Part shown: in pieces, positions 58,604 through 64,000 of the stretch | Layout: every line of letters starts with the position of its first letter | Numbering within the stretch: position 1 is the first letter of the stretch | DNA from: the human T2T-CHM13v2.0 reference genome, Homo sapiens | Reading direction: 5' to 3' | Length of the DNA stretch: 64,000 nucleotides | Assembly (NCBI GenBank): GCA_009914755.4 | Contig: CP068257.2 | Span: 35,584,001-35,648,000, forward strand | Translations under genes and position numbers: made by a program | The notes under the pieces: model-generated | What the model was told of the DNA's origin: nothing | What the model saw: the letters and a program-made list of their open reading frames with translations, nothing else | Databases searched by the model: none

Positions 58604-58745
58604 GGCCAGGTGTGGTGGCTCATGCCTGTAATCCCAACACTTTTGTCAGGCCAAGGCAGGAGGATTGCTTGAGGCCAGGAGTTTGAGACCGACCTGGGCA
58701 ACATAGCGTGATTTCATCTCTATCTTAATAAAATACTTAAAAAAA
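58604..58745 (+). mobile_element. Alu left-monomer fragment with an A-rich tail
   Basis: GGCCAGGTGTGGTGGCTCATGCCTGTAATCCCAACACTTTTGTCAGGCCAAGGCAGGAGGATTGCTTGAGGCCAGGAGTTTGAGACCGACCTGGGCAACATAGCGTGATTTCATCTC. Confidence 0.85.
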
Positions 58746-59439
58746 GAAGTTTTCTACCCAAGTGGAAGGATGCTTAGGGAGAAGGTGCCCCAACAGCAAT
58801 GCTGCAAGCTTGGAGAAAGGGTCTATATTCACGCTGAGCCACAGGAACTGGGATGAAGACCCTGGAAAATCAAACCTTGGACAATTTTCTATTATATTCC
58901 ATTCCTGAATCAGAGAGAAAACCATATTTATAGGAATTCTGGAATCTCTACTCCCAATTTATTTGAATCATGATCTTAAGAATGACTATTTTAAAGCAAA
59001 TACAAGTAATGGTGGGTGCAATGTGTAGCTCTGGGGCTATGTCAAAATAAGAATAAATCTTATCAACATCTGTCTGAAATTGATACCTAGAATATTATTT
59101 ATAATTACGAAGCAAAATCCATAATGTGCCTACAATACCATAGTTTCCCCTTTCTGATCAATGCATTTATAAAATTATCAGTCTTCTGCATTTTGTTTAA
59201 ATGTTTCAGGGCTTCAACTCATCATTTAATAAAGTTTTTGAGCACCTATTAAGTGGTGAGTACTGCCAGGCCCAGGAATACAAAGATAAACAAAACCAAA
59301 TATTTTAATTGAGTGGACTAATAGAACAAAGTCACTACAACAGAAGGTAATCAGTGCAATGACAGCAGTATACACAAAATGTGTTTGTAAACTATTGCCA
59401 GTTACTACTAAATTACAGAAAACATTCCCATGTTATTCT

Positions 59440-59720
59440 GTTCACTTTGTTTCCTTCGCTGTGTAGAAGTTTTTTAGCTTGATGTGATCCCATCTGTCCA
59501 TTTTTGCTTGGGTTGCCTGTCCTTTTAAGGTATTGCTCAAGAAATCTTTGCCCAGACCAATGTCCTGGAGCATTCCCCAATGTTTCTTTTAGTAGCTTCA
59601 TAGTTTCGGATCTTCTAAGTCCTTAGTCCATTTTGATTGTCATTCCCATGTTATTTTGTCTTTTCCTGACAATTAGACTTGACATTCCGTTATCCCATCA
59701 CAATCTCACTTTCTTGTTAG
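59440..59720 (-). mobile_element. Old L1 fragment (ORF2 C-terminal/3' region), reverse orientation
   Basis: ttctgttcactttgtttccttcgctgtgtagaagttttttagcttgatgtgatcccatctgtccatttttgcttgggttgcctgtccttttaaggtattgctcaagaaatctttgcccagaccaatgtcctggagcattccccaatgtttcttttagtagcttcatagtttcggatcttctaagtcc. This matches the remembered antisense L1 3' region. Confidence 0.8.
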
Positions 59721-60931
59721 TTACTCTTTTTGTAATTCTGCTTGTAAGAAAGTTTCTAAAATTTAAATATTAAAATTAGGAATTTTTGTAAGGCTATGGG
59801 TGACAAGAGTTGTTGCTATAACAGAAACTGAAGCACACATTTCTATACAACTCATGTCAAAAAAAAAAAATGGAAATTAGAAGATATTTTAAGTTGTACA
59901 ATGATAGAAAATACTACCAATCAAATCTTGTGGACACAATTTTCAGACTTGGCAGTGAAGCATTATCTCGGGGTCCTCTGACATTCCCACAGTGCATGAG
60001 GTTACCAAACCATGAAACCTCATCAAGGTCCTTTGGAGCAGGGTCTTCTCCCAGAATCTAGATGGAGTGATCCTACTTCCAGTCTCCTCTCCAGCAGGAT
60101 GTGGGTAGGGTTACAAGGGTTTGCCTTACAATAATTCACTCACCTATTAAAAAGAAAAATAAAACTTAAGGTACGAAGTACTACTTAGAGTAGTACTTAG
60201 TGGGAAATGTCTACATTTTTAAAAAGGAGGCTACAATTCAATATGCTGAACAGCCAACTTACAAAGTTTAAAAAAAAAGAACATAATAAACCCTAAGAAA
60301 ACAGAAATATTTTGGAAAGACAGTCAACCTAAGTCACATTAAAAAACTGCTGTTGCTGCCAGATTAGATGAGGATGAGCAACTATAAACACCTGGTCAAC
60401 CAAGTAAAAGAAACAGTCTAAAGGACTCAGGTTGCGTCCCAAATGTCTGCAAGCTCTTCTTCACCAGGTTTACACTGTCTATTCCTCATGACTGAAACCA
60501 GCAGTGCATGGTGGGCACTTAGTTTAACACTCAGTTTTCAAAACTAGGTTTGATGAAGCTCCAGAAGGGCCCCCAGCTTCTCCCTTTTCCCCCCAGATGA
60601 CTATACCCTACTTTATGCTCCTTCATACATCACAGATGCTCTTATTTGAGCACTTGATCATCTTTTTAATCATCTTTTATTTTATATATTTGCCTATCTC
60701 TACTAACCTGTAACCCTCATGAGATCAACATACATTGGCTGAATGAAGCTGATTGATTAAATAATATAAAAAAGAATGGGACTGATGAAAATGTTAATAT
60801 GAAAAGGTATCCAAGATAAAGGTACATTATTAAGAGAACAAGTTGCGTGTGTGTGCACACGTGTGTCTGGAACACTACACAAATCATCAGTGGATACGTC
60901 CAAGGGCAGAACAGGGAGTCAGGAAGAGTAA

Positions 60932-61322
<391 letters not shown>

Positions 61323-62819
61323 TAAAAAATCATTTTGTCAGTGAGTATTTTTTCTTAAAAAAAAGGTCAATTTTAAATCTAAGTATAACTTAGGTTTCTC
61401 TGGTGTCCACAGAATCAAGCCATTTTCAAATGCTTCCACAACTAAGATACTGAAAAGCACAATAACAGAATCAGCATATATTCAAAGTAGAAGTCATATC
61501 AGTCTCTTTTTATTGAAATATCACAATGTTATTCACAGCACTCCTACGAAATGAATAACAACATTTCTATATTACAAATTCCTCCATTTTGCATAAATGG
61601 CCACTCCTAGGGAGGCAGAATAATAGAGTGTTCAATGGACATGCTTTGAACTGGAACTGATCTGAGTTGGAATCCAGACTCTGTCCAATTAGTCGGGTGA
61701 AGTTCTTCAACTTGTCTAGTTGGGTTATGAAATTCATCAACTTGTCTAAGCCTCCATTTCCTCATTAGAAAAATGAGAGTGATACTGCCTGGCTGTCAAA
61801 CCCTACCCCAGAACCTCTGCTGGAACATAAGCTTGCCTTATGTGCTTACGCTGACAAACACGTTTCACTTGAAAGACAATCACTTAATGACCTCAAGCCT
61901 GGGATAGTACTGCTTAGGATCAGGCTAAAGTAGGTGGCAGTCACCTCAAGCAACCCATAAGAATTGTAGGCATGGTGCTCTGGCAGGTCCATAGGTAAGT
62001 CAAATCTTTGGTAACTGAATCTTTACTGTCACTGTTGAGATGTACGGAGAAAAGAGAAAATGTGTATGCTATCAGCTCCATTGCAGCCAGCTAAGGGTGA
62101 GGAGGATAGGAGAGAAGGGCCGCTTCTCCCACAACCACAGCGCAAACTAGATGTGACATATGCACTGTCTGCAGTCAATGAGGCCTCCTCAAGGACCAGA
62201 CAGCAAGGATCCTGCTACGTGAGGCTTGGAAAACAGCCATGACAGTGCTGGCTGCCTACTCCACCTACCCTGAATTACAGATCATGGAGTCTAGCACATG
62301 AGTCATGGGCACACATGTCAGAGATTTTTGTCAATTGATTAATTAGTTTAATAACTTTCTCTTTTCTGTCGCCTTTTAAAAAAACATAGCAACCATCTAT
62401 TTGGAAGTTATACTGGTTTTTCTTTTATATTCACCATATAAGGTTTCCTTTAAAATGCATGTAAGTATAAAAAGTGACTGAAGGTTGAGAGAAGCTGCCT
62501 TCAGCCATCAATTGCAGATGCTGTTCCTTATACTAGCACCAGGAGATGTAGTCTAAGGGACAGAGCTGACTCTGTCTTCAACTCTGTGACCCGCAGGAAG
62601 TGGTCCTGGCTGTGTATGACTTCTGCTGGGGCAACTTTACCATTCCACTGCTTGTGTCTTTTCTAATGTACTTTTCATTACTTGTATCATATTTAAAACC
62701 ACAGAAAATATCTCAGCATCCCAGCTGGAGTAACATTTCTGAAGAGAACATGCTAACTTGTTAATGAAATAATGAATACTAAAGTTAAATGCATATATAG
62801 TCTCCTGTCACTGCCCTCC

Positions 62820-63530
62820 CATTGTTATTTTGAAACATTTCCAAGCTCCAGAAAAGTTACGAGAATACAAAGTAGTGGAAAAATTGGAACCGTCATACAG
62901 TGCTGGTAGACTGTAAAGTGGTGCAGACATTTTTGGAAAATAATTTGGCAACTCTTCAAAAAGTTAAAGTAGCTCAGCAAAATCCACTCCTAGGTATATA
63001 TCCAAGAGAAATGAAAACATCCTCTCACATAAAAACTTGTACTAGAATGTTCATAACATTATTAATAGCGAAAAGGTAGAAATAACTCCAATGTCCATCA
63101 AGAGACCAGTGGTTAAACAAAATATGATCTATCCATACAATGGAATATTATTCAGCCACAGAAAGGAATGAGGAACTGACTCATGCTATGACAAGCATGA
63201 ACACTGAACATTACTCGAAGTAAAAGAAGCCTGTCAGTCAAAAGGGCCACATAGTGTACGATTCCATTTATATGAAATGTCAAGAATAGGCAACTCCAGA
63301 GACAAAGTCAATTTGTGACTGCCAGGGGTCAGGAGGGAGGGGGAATGAGGAGTGACAGCTAATGGGTTCAGGGTTTCTTTTTGGGGTGAAAATGTTCTAG
63401 AATTAGATCGTGGTGATGGGTGTGCAACTCTGCAAATACACTAAAAAACTACTGAATTGTATACTTTCAAAGGGTAAATTTCGTATTTTAAATTATCTTT
63501 ATAAAGCTGTTTTTAAAAAGAATACAAAGT
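62820..63530 (+). mobile_element. Old L1 (L1M-type) 3' end, sense orientation
   Basis: This matches the remembered L1M 3' end consensus: ...gtggtgcagacatttttggaaaataatttggcaactcttcaaaaagttaaagtagctcagcaaaatccactcctaggtatatatccaagagaaatgaaaacat...caatggaatattattcagccacagaaaggaatgaggaactgactcatgctatgacaagcatgaac...gccaggggtcaggagggagggggaatgaggagtgacagctaatgggttcagggtttctttttggggtgaaaatgttctagaattagatcgtggtgatgggtgtgcaactctgcaaatacactaaaaaactactgaattgtatactttcaaagggtaaatttcgtattttaaattatctttataaag. Confidence 0.85.
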
Positions 63531-64000
63531 AGACCCATGTAGCTTTTAACTTCATTCAGCAATTGTTAGTATTTTGCCACATTCACTTTCTTTCTCCTAT
63601 ACACATATGTGCATAAACATATGTGCACAGTCTACGGCTTGACACTTTGATCCTAAATACTTCAGCATGTGGAGTATTCTACATAACCAAAATATAAATA
63701 TTACACTGGAGAAATTCAACACCAATATACAACAATTATAGTCCATAGTCGAATTTATATTTTATCAGAAATTAAGCATTCTATTTGGTTCTCATGTCCC
63801 TTTAGTCTTATAGTCTAGAAAAATTATCTCGCCTTTATTTTTTGACACTGATATTTCCGAAGAATCCACGCTACTTGTTTCACAGAATGCCCTTCAATTT
63901 GGATATTCCTTATTGTTTCCTTATGAACTGATACGGATTAAACATTTTTGGCAGGAATACTACATAGGTGAGTTGTGGCCTTCTCTGTGCATCATGCCAA

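Overview
This window is human genomic DNA. About 70 Alu elements, several L1 fragments (two old L1s riddled with nested Alu insertions and one young L1PA 3' fragment), a THE1-type MaLR LTR, an LTR12-like ERV LTR, MER30 and MER53-like DNA-transposon relics, a 7SL (SRP RNA) retropseudogene and many microsatellites dominate it. It is not a prokaryotic or accessory-island sequence. I found nothing that looks like a novel or undescribed biological system. Everything I can read fits a well-known locus.

The main gene content is seven coding exons on the minus strand that splice into a VPS26-family protein. I assign them to VPS26C (DSCR3, Down-syndrome critical region 3; retriever/retromer-like subunit), exons 2-8, with the stop codon at 23769-23771. 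Its first coding exon (about 19 codons) lies beyond the right edge of the window.

Upstream of the VPS26C 3' end (lower coordinates), a CpG island at 18890-19720 holds a 149-codon plus-strand ORF. It is preceded by an LTR12-like LTR and a CRE/E-box cluster. From remembered chr21q22.13 gene order (TTC3 -> DSCR9 -> VPS26C, from memory and unverified) I infer this is the terminal region of the primate-specific lncRNA DSCR9. The first ~1.3 kb would then be the 3' end of TTC3. Both assignments are positional inferences from memory, not sequence proof.

A second CpG island sits at 55480-56900 inside VPS26C intron 1.

The six-frame ORFs are almost all spurious: Alu or L1 read-throughs, or GC-rich intronic frames. 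The only convincing coding sequences are the VPS26C exons and the degraded L1 ORF2 remnants.
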